Assembly (NCBI GenBank): GCA_043228905.1
Contig: JBHGNT010000017.1
Location: 17,856,001 to 17,920,000, forward strand
From: Azolla caroliniana
Taxonomy: Eukaryota; Plantae; Polypodiophyta
Length of the DNA: 64,000 nucleotides
Direction of reading: 5' to 3'
Shown: positions 1-12,940 of the stretch, piece after piece
Layout: each line of letters opens with the position of its first letter
Position numbering within the stretch: the first letter of the stretch is position 1
The notes under the pieces: generated by a model
What the model saw: only the letters and a program-made list of their open reading frames with translations
The model's database searches: none
What the model was told of the DNA's origin: nothing
Program-made: the position numbers and the translations under genes

Positions 1-306
1 TACACTCGACTCAAAACGCCATAAGAGGTATGTCCCATATGTTGGTGGTAAAGTATCAACAACTCCTAATAACTCATTTTAGATACCCTTACATTTGTTC
101 CCTCTACCATACATGTTAATGCTGAATCCAACCCTTCACAATCCAAATACCATAGTCCACTATGCCATGTGCCAATCCCAAGTCTCCGACCTATCCCTTT
201 CTCTTGGAATATCACCTTGGGAATATCAAAAGAAACAACACATTTTAGTTGGTGTATGATAGAACTTATTGATAATAGGTTTACTGGGAAAGGAGTATGC
301 AACACA

Positions 307-1323
307 TTAGACAATGCTAATACTTGTGGCCGAATAAGCATAGGTGGCAATGGTACATGTTGACATGAATGAAGTATCATTTGTGGATTTTTGCTTCCTC
401 CTAAGTTTATCTAAGAGAGCTTGATCCTCTTCGGTGAACACCACCTTAGTTCCTTCCTCTTCTTTTACTACCATTAGGTTTGCTTGGTGACCTCCTCTCC
501 CACCTCTTCGCCCCCCTCGACCATGACCTCTAGTTTGTCCATGTCCTCCATATTCTCTCTCCTTAGATGGTTTAGGGCAAGCATTCTTTAAATGACCAGC
601 TTCACCACAATTGTAGCATTTTCGATTTTCACTTCCGCTTGAATTTGACACCATTAGTGCTGATTGTACCCCTGGAAGTCCAGTAGTGTCAAAGAGCAGC
701 TTCATTCTACTCTCCTCTTGTATCATAGTCGCAATTGCCTCATCAAGCGTGGGAATTTCAACCTTGGCAAGAAGAACTGCCCTTCTTTGATCAAACAACG
801 GGTTGAGATGTTTCAAAAATTGCATGGTTCTTTGAACAGAAATTTCCATGCTCTTACATTGAGGATCATTGCACATTATCACATGCGAGAAATGATCATA
901 TTCTGCCCATAAACGCTCAAGTGCTATGGCATATTCGGGAATCATCCTATCTCCCTGCTCGACGGCGTCTATCTCCTGCTCGATTTGAAATACTCCCATG
1001 TTATTTCCCCTCCTAGCATACATCTTTTGCAAACTTAAAATTCCATCAACAGTTGTGGCGATTGATGGAACCATGGATTTGAGAAGCCACATGTACAAAA
1101 CCATGTGGGTAGCTCTCCATGCTTTCCATTCATTGCTCATTTTGACAAGAGGTTCTTTCTCTTTTCCCGTTAGGTAGCCGTCAAGGCTTCTCCCTGCCAA
1201 GGCACCTATAATCCAACGTGACCAGCTCAAGTATGTGGCTGGTCCATCGAGTTTGAACTCAATTGGGAGGAGTTCAAGTCGAGGTGGTGGTTGTGTTCTT
1301 GTCACACCTCCAGATGCTACCAT
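307..1323 (-). pseudogene. Copia gag (UBN2-type gag + CX2CX4HX4C zinc knuckle); not continuous with pol
   Basis: ORF has KLDGPATYLSWSR, IPTLDEAIATMIQEESR and CYNCGEAGHLKNAC. It stops before any recognisable protease DSG motif. Confidence 0.85.
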
Positions 1324-1586
1324 CTCAACCTACTTCATGTATTTCACCAATGTTTCACCTCATCGTCATTTAATTTTGAGAACACCTCATCCATCTTCTC
1401 AACTTAGCCTATCTCTGCTCTCCTCTTCTGACTCGTTTTCTCAAGTCACCTCTCAATCACATAGTAATGCCATCCCTAAAGGAAAAAATCCCCCTTTCCT
1501 CTCTTGGATTCTAGGATAGTGTTGTTCCAATTATTGTCATACCAACATAAGGGTGGATCTAGGGTTTTGTAGAGGGGCGGATCTAT

Positions 1587-1598
1587 GCTCTGATACCA
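1587..1598 (-). promoter_or_regulatory. Primer-binding site, tRNA-iMet
   Basis: Plus strand gctctgatacca = TGGTATCAGAGC on minus, 3 nt inside the LTR end. Confidence 0.9.
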
Positions 1599-2688
1599 AA
1601 TTGAAAAATGAGAAGGCACATTTGTTCAATAATATAAATTGGTATGTCACAAATCGCTCATATTTACATGAGGAGAAAGCTCCTCTTTATAAAGGCCAAG
1701 ATCTGGCCATTGGGCTAACTAGCCACTATAACTTTTAATCATTCAACAACCATTTGTATGTTTGTATTTACCTAGTGATGAAATATCCATGAGCATACGT
1801 GTGATTTTTCTTCAAAGGTTAAAACATGGAGTTGTCTAAATATGACAAGCTTCGTTCAACAATTTAAGCCTCATCCTCATCACAAGGGCACTCCCTCAAG
1901 CAATTATGTTATACAATAAAAGAGGTTAGAGAGGAGTTTGCATTTTTAAGCTTTCTAACAATCTGCCATACAAAGAGATTTGTATGGAACATTGTTCCCG
2001 AAGTCCATCACAAGCTTACTCACATAAAAGAAAGTTCCTCCTAACGGTATAAAGCCTCTCCCTCCCTCTCTTCTTCCCTCCCTCCCTCTCTCTTTCTCTC
2101 TCTTTGGTGAAAACACACAATTATATTAATAAATGTGTGTGAAAAACACTACTTACAATGGAGTGTGGTCACCCACTAACTACACTACATGGGTAGTGGA
2201 ACATGTTGAATTGCCAATAGGCAAGACAAACACTCCACTGAGGAAAGAATTTCCACTTGCTCCAAAAAAGAAATTTGCCACATTAGTACTCCCTTCAACT
2301 TTCGTAGATATGCTTTTACTCCATGTCTACCATTGAATACAAAAGCGTTGCACATGTTCCAATTATCTCTCTCTCTCTGCCATTCGAACCATTGCTTCCA
2401 TGCGACTTAGCTCACATGCATTGCAATGTGAGACAGGGCGTTGGGGCACAAGTGATGAGAGTGGTCGGCTATGCACACTTTGCCCTAAACAAGTTCGCGA
2501 GTTTCAGTAGCACACTTTGATACAATGCTCTGCCTTTGATCATATTCGACCATGCTTTCCACTCTCGATTGCAACATTCATTGGTAAAGTTCTTGAACAT
2601 CGAGAGTCACTACTCACTTTCACACGTATCACGTGAAATGTAATATTTTTGGTCTCACAGGTCATATTTGACCTCCGAGGACGATAAT

Positions 2689-2723
<35 letters not shown>

Positions 2724-3399
2724 CGCGCGAGTTAATCATTCTCTTCCGTATAAGTTAAGAGCATATTAATTGTATCCCAAATAATTTTTAATCCCTTAAT
2801 TTTGGATGCTTAGAAACTTAATTGAGATGGCAATTTATTGTTCTTTTGCCAAGCATGTGAGAAACGTGGTCAAGTCTTTTTATGTTTAAGTAAAAGGTCT
2901 TGGGTTTTGTGTTTGATTAAGTTGGTGATTGCAGTAGAGCTTATTTTAGTAGTTTGAGGGAAATTGACACTCACTTTATCGCATGTTTGGCCCTCAAATG
3001 GGCAGACAATGATCTGTCCCAAGAGTAATAAGGGGATTCCTCATCTCATTTTTGCCCCTTGGCAAGCTCTCCCGGGCAATGAAGGTAGGCGCTACAAAGA
3101 TATCTTGAAGTGCTTCATGACATATGTTGGGCTCTTCACCAAAATTTTGATGTGGAGGCTCAGAGCAATGTTCAATGAGTTAGTCAATCAATGCTTTTGT
3201 TGTTTGATGGACCAAACACCTCGTTGTGGTTGATTAGGCCTCCTAGATATGTTGTTTGATGCGCGATTTAATAATAATGAGGCTGAATTCCCATTGGATG
3301 ATCTAGAGGACCTCAAGGGAAAATGGTAATTCTAGGCCCCACCAGATTCTCTTGTCTCGTTGTACGACAAGGATCTACAAGAGGGTATATACTACATAC

Positions 3400-4115
3400 A
3401 ATATATGGCTCATGGATGAAGCGTTTGAACAAAACACTCTAGACAAAATGCTTTGTATATGGCTTGTGGATGAAGCATTCAGACAAAACACTCTAGACAA
3501 AATGCTTTGTATGTGGCTTGTGGATGAAGCATTTAGACAAAATGCTTTGTATATGGCTCGTGGATGGAGCGTTTGGACAAAATGCTTTGTCCGACTCAAC
3601 CTGACCCAAAACATGTTTGAACAAAACACTCTAGACAAAACGCTTTGTTTGACTTGACTTGACCCGACTCGAAACACGTTTAGGGATGCATGTATACGGC
3701 TCATGGATGAAGCGTTCGAACAAAAGACATTGGACAAAATGCTCTGTTCGACTCGACCTAACTCGAAACGGGTTTGGACCAAACACTCAAGACAAAATGC
3801 TCTATCTAACCTAACCTGAACTAAACCAGAAGTGCATTCGAACAAAACACTTTGTTTAACTTGACTTGAACTAACCCCGAAACACATTCGGACAAAACAC
3901 TTTGTTTAACTTGACTTGAACTAACCCCGAAACTCATTCAGACAAAACGCTCTGTCTAACCTGACATGACCTAACCCCTAAACGTATTCGGACAAAACAC
4001 TCTTGTCTCGCCTGACCTGAACTAACCCCGAAACGCATGCGGACAAAACCCTCTGTCTGACCTGACCTGAACTAACCTTGAAACGCATTCGGACAAAACG
4101 GCTATCTGACCCAAC
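3400..4115. repeat. Degenerate tandem repeat array (~59-bp units, then ~50-bp units)
   Basis: Recurring gacaaaatgctttgtatatggct..tggatgaagc units (3400-3580), then cggacaaaac.ctctgtct.acctgacctgaactaaccccgaaac.catt units (3840-4115). Confidence 0.85.
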
Positions 4116-4338
4116 CCAAAAAACGAGGGCGAAGATCTTGGGCGACACATCATCATCGGGCAATCAAGGGAGGGGGTCCATGGCATGACACGTCATCGGC
4201 CAGGGGCCACGTCAGCTGGAACCTGCTGACGTGGTGATGACTTGGCCGCAAGGGAATAACGGCGGACAAAGCCGTAGTTTCAATTTCGGATTTTCTTGCT
4301 TTCGCTTTCCTCTGTGCAGTAGCTATGGCGGCAGAGCT

Positions 4339-4434
4339 CCCTAACCCTAATCCTAACCCTAACCCTAACCCTAACCCTAGCCCTAGCCCTAACCCTAACC
4401 CTCACCAGTCACCCTAACCCTAACCCTAACCCTA
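4339..4434. repeat. (CCCTAA)n interstitial telomere-like hexamer repeat
   Basis: About 15 CCCTAA/CCCTAG units directly upstream of the F-box/SNF2 ATG. Confidence 0.9.
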
Positions 4435-4509
4435 GTTTCTCACCCTGAACCCAACGCTAACCGTAATCTTAGCCTGACCATTGTTTTCTGATATTCTTCT
4501 CTTTGGTCC

Positions 4510-7500
4510 ATGGCTTCCGCGGTTTCGGACGATTTGTTGAATTCTCAAGACTTCAAGCTTTGTGGATTCCTTCCTTTCGTCGCCTCTGTTGTGATCCCGC
4601 CCGTCGAATCTCAGAAGAACACAATAGCTAGACCTCAGATCTTGGAGCCGATAGGAGGAGGAGGAGGAGGAGAATCTTCGCCTTCTGATGTGAGATTCTG
4701 TTATTCTCGAAGACGAAATAGAAAAGAAAGCTATGGAAATGTTAATCATGGTCAACATCCTCTTTCAGGGCTATTTGGAGCTGAATGCTGGTTAACCGGG
4801 GAAGGACCTGAGGTTCAGTTTCACACTAGCGTTGGATTCATACTCAATCCTACGCTTTCTTCAAATTATGAAGGAAAATTCGTTGGTTTGCCTTTTACTT
4901 CTTCCCAGATACAGAAAATTGACCAATCAGAAGATTTGCATACTGACCGATCAGAATCTCGTGTTGATCAATTACCAGAATCTCCGGATAAACATTCGGA
5001 AACCAAGGTACTACTCACTCACTCTTCACCCTCATCTCAAAGGGTAGCATTAAGTATATCAAGCAAGAAAAGGAAGAGAAATGGTATAAACAGTGTGGAT
5101 AGTGGAGCTCAACTATTAAACAATCTCCAGCTCCTTGTAGCTCGCAATGGAGTGAAAGTGAAAGGGCATGTTGTTCGGATTTCTCACAGCAACGACGGGT
5201 TTAAAACGAGGGCTGTGGTTTTGTTAGACCTGTATCTTCCCTCCTTCTTGTGGTCTGGGAGGAACTATTGGAAGCCCAACCATGCTTTCACTGCCGTTAT
5301 GGACCATCTCAGGTACTCTTGTTATGTGCCCTGCTCTGTATGTTCTGTTTTTTGCGGTCCTTGTTTTATTAGGTCTCCCCGTCATGCCTAGATATTACGA
5401 AGCTTGTCATGTCACAAAAATGAAGCCCATGAAGAATCTTACTTAGTGTAGCTCAAAGATCTAGAAGTTTCTTGAATATACTAGAAGTTTATGGAATGTG
5501 CTACACATGTTTAGAATGTGGTAGAAGATCCAACGTGAACTTATTGTGTACATCACCACATTTTGAAACAGAGTGATGTGAATGATTACATATTTCAACT
5601 GGATCTCTTGTTTGCAGTTGTAATCTGGAGCTGACATGTAGTGATACTTATGATTCCAACAGTATCTTTTATTTGCAGTTGTGATTGGGAGAGTAGAGAG
5701 AAATCCCTTGCACCACCTCAAGGGAGCACAATCGAACCTGAGATTTTCAATGATATGTGGAAGCTTGGGAACTGTCAGGTGTTAGGTTGCAAATCACACA
5801 CAGACTCAAGTGAAGGGGAGAAGCAATCGAGATTTGACATGCATGCAATTTTTAAATCCCTTCCTTCCGTTAAAGCACAAAGAATGATTAGCACGAGGAT
5901 TCTTCCCAGGAATGGTCAAGAAGAGGGACTGTGGGATATCCCAGATGAGGTTTTGACATCTATTTTGTGCAGACTTCCTCCAAGAGATCTACAAATAATG
6001 GCTTGTACTTGCAAACACATCCGAGAGCTTGCAATGTTTGTAATGCCTTGTATGCACCTGAAGCTTTTCCCACACCAACAGGCAGCAGTCTGCTGGATGC
6101 TTCAACGGGAGCTTCATCCTACTATCATTCCGCATCCTCTCTTTAAAGATATTCAGTCAAAGGATGGATTCCATTTCTACCTCAATCGCCTCTCTGGTGA
6201 ACTGTCACTGGAAGCACCTCGCCTAATTAATGATTTTCAAGGCGGTCTATTTTGTGATGAACCAGGATTAGGAAAGACCGTGACAGCACTTTCGTTAATC
6301 TTGAAAACACAGGGTACGCTTGCAACCCCTCCTGATGGAACCCATGTGAATTGGTGTGAGCATAGGTCTGGAGACAGGTATGGATATTATGAAATTGGCT
6401 CTCACCGGGTTACTTCTGTTCTTAAAAGAAGCATGGATCTGAAAGCCAAACAAAACAAGCTTGATTCAACCCCACCTACATATGCTTCTTTGCAACAGCT
6501 AGCAACAGTACAGAGCTTGCCAGCTCAGAAGAGGAGGGAACTAATTGAACCGTCACAACTGGGAAAGCCAATACGACGTCTCTCCTTGGAGATGGGTCCT
6601 GCAACTAGGTCTTTGAGTTCCGTGAAACGGAAGCTTTCAGATGTTTATGAGAGCTTGCGAGTGGATGCTTTGATAGAAACCTTACCAAGTCCAGATGCCG
6701 AAGGTTCGGCATTAAAGACTCCTCAGTTGAAGAACAGGGTTAAAAAGGATATTGTTTGGCAAGAGGATGTTTGGGTACAATGTGATGCATGTAGTAAATG
6801 GCGTAAGATGGAAAATGGGGCAACAACACCAGATAAAGATCTGGCATGGTTTTGCAATATGAATAAAGATCCGATGCGTCAGAGCTGTGGAGACCCAGAA
6901 GAAAACTGGGAATGTGGGGTAATATCAACTTTCCCAGGTTTTTATAAAGCTGGGGATGTATCTGGTCTTGAACAGAATGTTATTCACTTTGCGAATGTGC
7001 TCAAGGAATGTGCGACACCAAGGAGTATAGAAACACATCATGCTTTGTCGTGGCTTGCTAATTTGAACCCTGAGAAGCTGGAAAAAATGTCTACTATAGG
7101 CCTTTCAGTACCTGCATCAATACACACCTTCAATTACCATGCAGACGATCAACGCAATTATGAAGTTGTATTTCAAAGATTCGGCTTGATTCCAAAAAAG
7201 GTGGGAAAAGGGGTAATCAAATGGCATTATCCTCCTTTCTTGGATAATTTAGTATTAGATTTACCAGCATTGAGAGAGGCATTGAGCAAACCATTAGATG
7301 TCTTTAGATTATATCTCTCACGGGCTACACTCATCGTTGTCCCAGCTAATCTTGTGGACCATTGGAAGAATCAAATTCTAAGGCATACCAAACATGGCCA
7401 ACTGCGAGTGTGCGTCCTGATCGACCAAAAGCATGCTCCAAAGGTTCAAGACCTTGCTTGGAATTTTGATGTGGTTATCACTACATTCTCGAGGCTAAGC

Positions 7501-9003
7501 TGTGAATGGAGCTACAAAGAAAGCAGCATCCTCATGGCCGTTCACTGGCTTCGAATTATTCTGGATGAGGGACATACCCTTGGAGCAAGCCTCAGCCTTA
7601 CAAATAAGTTGCAGATGGCTATGTCTATGCATGCATCTAGAAGATGGGTATTGACGGGTACTCCGACTCCTAATACGCCTAACAGTCAAGTTGCACACCT
7701 GCAACCAATACTCAAATTTCTTCATGAAGAGGTCTACGGAAGCAGTCAAAAGTCATGGGAAGCAGGAATCTTGAAACCATTTGAGGCTGGACATGAAGAA
7801 GGGCATGCTCGCTTAATAGAACTTCTGCATAGGTGCATGATTAGTTCAAGGAAATCGGATTTATGCACCATTCCACCATGTGTGCGGAAGATCACCCTTC
7901 TAGATTTTACACCAAAACATGCAGAAAGTTACAATGAGCTTGTAGCAACTGTTCGACGGAATATTTTGATGGCAGATTGGAATGACCCTTCACATGTCGA
8001 ATCACTCCTCAATCCAAAGCAATGGAAATTCAGGAGTACCACAGTCAGGAATGTTAGACTTTCCTGTTGTGTAGCTGGCCAAATCAAAGTTCAAAATGCT
8101 GGAGAAGATATTCAAGAGACAATGGACATGCTTGTTCAAGAAGGCTTGGATCCACAGTCTTGGGACTATGCAGTCATAAAGAATGCACTTCTAATTGGAG
8201 GCACTTGTAGCAGGTTAGAAACTATTGCATGCTCTTGTAAATTAAAAATGTTGTGCGTGTCATGGCAAATATTTATATGGTTGGTGGTGGTAGGTGTCAA
8301 GAGTGGTGTAGGCTGCCCATCATTACTCCTTGCAAACATTTGCTATGCCTGGATTGTGTAGCTTTGGATCGGTATAAATGCACATTCCCTGCCTGTGGTA
8401 ACATGTATAAAATGCAGAGCCCAGAAGATTTGACCAGGCCTGAAAATCCTAATCCCAAGTGGCCTGTTCCACAAGATCTTATCGAATTGCAACCATCATA
8501 TGTGCAGGTTATATTTTAACATGAACTCCTGTTTCATGCTTCACAAAGAAGCTTATAATGGTGACATCATGTTTTAGGATAATTGGAATCCTGATTGGCA
8601 AGCGACTTCAAGCAGTAAAGTTGCATATCTCATTGAAAAACTTAAATTGCTGAAGGGTATAAGTATAAATCAGAGCTTAGGCCAAGAGAAAGATAATACA
8701 CATCCAATGAGGAACTTGGAAGAGACAGCAACTTTGCGGCAGCTGCAAGAATCTGCAGAGAAGGCCATTGTATTTTCTCAGTTTCTTGAGCACATCAATG
8801 TTATTGAGAGCCAGGTGATTTTTTTCTTTCTAACTTCCTCTCTCTGGCTGTTGGCTTGGTGGTTTACACTGTAGCATCAAATTCATCAAAGTGAGTTCAA
8901 TCCTTGCTATGGTTTAGATTGCAATTGGTTTCCCTTGAATGTCAAAAAGATATCTGTCTGTCTATCTATCTATTTAACTATATTTAACAATCCATCTAAC
9001 TCC

Positions 9004-9044
<41 letters not shown>

Positions 9045-10137
9045 TTGTGTTGTAAATATGCATTCAAGGCAGTCTGCTGGTGAATCATTATTTTTATTCT
9101 TTTTCTCTTTCTTTCTCCTGCTTCACTCTTTCTGCTGAGACACAAAATTATAGTCTGCTTATTATGGTCATTATTAAAGCTGTCTTATGAAGATTTTGAA
9201 ATAATTATAATAATATCATGTTTTCTAAATTCATGCCATTCTTTAATGTGGTCATTGGTCATGATAACCATGTTGGAGTCAGAAGATTGCAGATGCTTTA
9301 TATCAGTACTGACTTTTACTGAATGTCTCAGCTGACCAAAGCAGGTATCAGGGTTGCACCAATGTATAGTCCCATGCATTCTGCAAACAAGGTTTTTACT
9401 ATGCTCTAAAGTATCTTGAGCTTGTTATTTCTGTTTCTTGAATCTTCACTTTACATCCTTTGTACTCTTGCAGATGAAATCTTTGCTAAGCTTTCAGAAT
9501 GATAGTGATTGTAGCGTGCTGTTGATGGATGGCAGTGCTGCTTTAGGGTTGGATTTGAGTTTTGTAACACACGTTTATTTGATGGAGCCTATTTGGGATC
9601 GCAGGTGATGAATATTATTGCATAATAAAGTCGTTCATTTCTATGTGTAAGGATAATTGTCAGCCATAATGCACAAATGTCATCCATATCTATAATTGAG
9701 GCAAAAAGAAGGTCAATTGTTTACCATTGAAGAGATCAATATCATGCAGTATTGAGGCTCAAATCAGTTGCATTCCATTGATGTAACATATGTGTGACTT
9801 GCAGTGTGGAGGAGCAGGTGGTGAGTAGAGCTCATCGCATGGGGGCCACACGCACAGTCTTGGTTGAAACCCTAGGTATGAGAGGAACCATTGAAGAACA
9901 GATGCTGCAATTTCTTCAGGTAGTGACCCAAGGCTTGTGAACACCATGCTTATTATCTGGTTTAGAACTAATTAATTTTTTTCTTTGTACATCCAGGACT
10001 CAGTCGAGCAAAACAAGGCAGTTCAACAAGGGTATGTATCTGATAACAATCGGAATGCTCAACGAACTGTGCATGACTTTGCAGAAAGCAGCTACTTGGT
10101 TCGACTGTCACATGTCAGTACTAAAAGTGTTTCTTAA
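4510..10137 (+). CDS. F-box / CW-type zinc finger / SNF2 helicase / RING protein (At3g54460-like). Exons 4510-5312, 5679-8213, 8294-8507, 8578-8814, 9332-9391, 9474-9604, 9805-9919, 9997-10137
   Basis: F-box (LWDIPDEVLTSILCRL), Walker A region (GGLFCDEPGLGKT), CW finger (WVQCDACSKWR), DEGH box, RING-like CQEWC..PCKHLLCLDC, HelicC (KAIVFSQF, LGLDLSFV, EEQVVSRAHRMG). All introns are GT-AG and keep the frame. Stop TAA at 10135-10137. Confidence 0.93.
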
Positions 10138-12940
10138 AAGTTAAGGTTAGCCATCGTCTCCATCGCGAAGAAAATTTCATTAAGGTTAGTTCTATACACT
10201 GGCATTTTCCATGGCTCATATTTGGTTCATGCTAGTTGCATTTGTGCAAGATAGGTGATCGGCTGCAATTTTAGTAGTTATTGCTTGGCTATGTAGTTGA
10301 GATGCAGGCATCATGTGTAGAGTTATCAAAACGTGAGTTAAGATCTAGAGATACTGTGTAAATTTATCACATATAACATAAACAAGACATCAAACTAAAT
10401 ATATAAAAGTCCATTATTGATGAGATTCAACCATTGAGAGAAGGAATTGATGAGCTTGTATACCATTTCTAACGACATGGAGCATCAAGAGAGTGGAGAG
10501 ACTGTCAGTGTAGCAATCTCTGATTCATGACAGACATTTCTTGTGATGCTAATTAGCTCCAAAGTCTTTGATTGGGACCTATTATTAAGTATCTTTATAG
10601 TGTTTCACAACAACATTTCCTATCTTAAAATTTGATGAGGGCTAGAGTTGGTGTTTGATATAGCGTTTGGATGGGGTTATGTGGGATCCTTCTCATCCAC
10701 TTTGATGTCTTATAGTTCTTGCAACATATTTTGCAGCAAATATGTGACACACAATAATACATCTGGTTGAAAGCTATTTATTTACTTTGCATATATTCCC
10801 ACACTTCAATAGGATCTCAATATTCAGCATGATGATGTGGATTTAATTTCTCAGCAAAAGCCTCTAATGCTTTATTCTGTCCATAGTAAGCAAAATTTAC
10901 TGAAGCTTCCTTAATCACCATCAAGACTCTTGTTCGTTACCTAACCTTTCTAATTCTGTTATGAAGTTTCTGCTAATAATACTTTCGACCTAGTTTAATT
11001 AGTACTCATTGTCATCAATTGCATCGTGATCGCTTTTTATATAATTATGAAGATCTATATTGGTTGCGTGAATAAATAAATCAGTGATAGTTTGAAGTCA
11101 ATATCAGATAAACTTTTGTACAATTTTCGACCTCAGTAGCGTTTCCCTTGTGAAGTATAGAGATTGTGTGATGTATGGAATCTCAGGATTGTATGTATGT
11201 TTTGTGGTGAAGTTTGATCAGCTTATTGCTATATAACATTAATTGTTGGTTATTTGAAATACAGGGTGCATTCATGATCCTAACCTTTCAATGATCTCAC
11301 TGTAATAACTAGTTTAGTTTATGGGAATGCTAGTCAAGATAACTTGAATTAGGAAGCGAAAATTTCCTATCTGGTCTCTTTCTCATGGGTGTCTGATGCA
11401 CTTTAACTGTCAAATTAAATAATACCATTTAGTATTAGTTACATAGTTTTGCTATCATTTCTTCAACATGTCTTGATTCACGCATGACTTTTAACCTGTT
11501 GTTCCTCTCTGCAGGTTTTTGCTATGATGTATGATTAACGGACTTTTAAGGATGTATTGGATGTCTCTGTTGTTAGAGCAAGTGTGAGGCGTGGCCTTTG
11601 TGAACATGGTCTCTGCTTTGTACAATTTTTTTGTAACAAGTTATTTGGTACACTATTCAATGTAAATGGAAGAAGCATTTTGTCAACAATTGGTGATTAA
11701 TGCCAACGATTTAATGATTTTATCCTGTATATACCCTCCTCGTAAGTGAATTCAACGGCAAGTTTACTTCGTGAATGTTGTATAAACGTTTATGGAAGTC
11801 ATAAACAACTCAATGCTGGAATGTTATATGATCTGGCATTGTCATGTAAATGAAGTGTTTTTACAAAACTCCATTTCGTATGATTTTCCAGTATAAAATA
11901 GCAGTTTTACCATGAATGCAGCACATATTCCTCCACCCTAACATTTCTCCTTCTCTCTTGTTTATTGAGCTACTTTAGAGCATTATGATGCCTCGATAAA
12001 AAAGTATTAGCAATGCATGATGTGATATGTAACTACAATGTAGTCGATCCACATGTTTATTTTTCATCTGTACTTGCTTGGTTGCTTGTTCAGGTATATT
12101 TTTCATCGTGAGTGCTAAAAGTTATAATTGCCACATAAATTGATTAACTTACATGGGGGGTTGTGTTGTTAAACAAAGCTAATGAAGTTACTACGGTATG
12201 AGTTCCCATTTTTTACAAGCACAAACATTTTCCCTTCATGGAAATATTTCAGAAACGAGCATCTGCATGGATTGGTTGTGGGCGGTTTTGGACATAATGC
12301 TGGACATAATGGAAATGTTTTTTATAAGTCTTCTTAAGATATTAGTACATAATGTCAACATTTTTTATAAATGTTCTCAAGATATTAGTTACTCTTTCTC
12401 ACTGAACCAAACGTTTCATAATCAACTGAAATTTATCGTTGTTTTGGGCTTCTCCTCACAGAATTCTTCCAAATCGCTTGTTCATTAGAATTCATTGTTA
12501 GATAGATTGCATCCATTGTGATATTCATGCCATTTTTTTATACTTGACCAATAAGGCTCTTGATCATATTGTGGCGAAAGAAATTTCATCGTAGTAGTGG
12601 CAGAGCAAAAAGAACTCTAATGCCATCAAGAGCTTGACACGAGGATGCAAAGCTTCGATTACGCTATGATCTTCCAAAGTTAGGACACTCAAAGAAGAAA
12701 GAAGAAGAAGAAGAGTGTCCACACATTAGTCCCAAGAGTTAAGACAGACAGAAAAGCAGGGACAAGACAAACAGAGACAGAGAGAAGTGAAGGTAGAGAG
12801 AGAGAGAGAGACAGATACTGAGTGTGAATCCAGTGGTTGTGTAGATAAAGAGTTGGAGGTAGAGAGAGAGAGAGACAGAGAGGGAGAAGAGAGTATGTAG
12901 TGAGGAAAGGGAGACTGGGAAAAAAGATTGATATGCAAAG

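Larger units (their letters stand above)
1..1748 (-). mobile_element. Ty1/Copia LTR retrotransposon (Ale/Retrofit-like, short LTR), 5' part; continues off the left edge; degenerate
   Basis: Short LTR 1602-1748 (TGTTGAA...TTTCA on minus) followed by an iMet PBS. Gag ORF with a CCHC knuckle. Shifted-frame protease/pre-integrase remnants in 66-380 (LSNVLH..FPVNLLSIS..GLWYLD). Confidence 0.85.

Noticed and set aside
3352-4163. ORFs of 101, 170 and 61 aa
   Set aside because: Translations of the tandem repeat; no domain signal.
4339-4434. A real chromosome end
   Set aside because: Under 100 bp, interstitial and interrupted by variant units.
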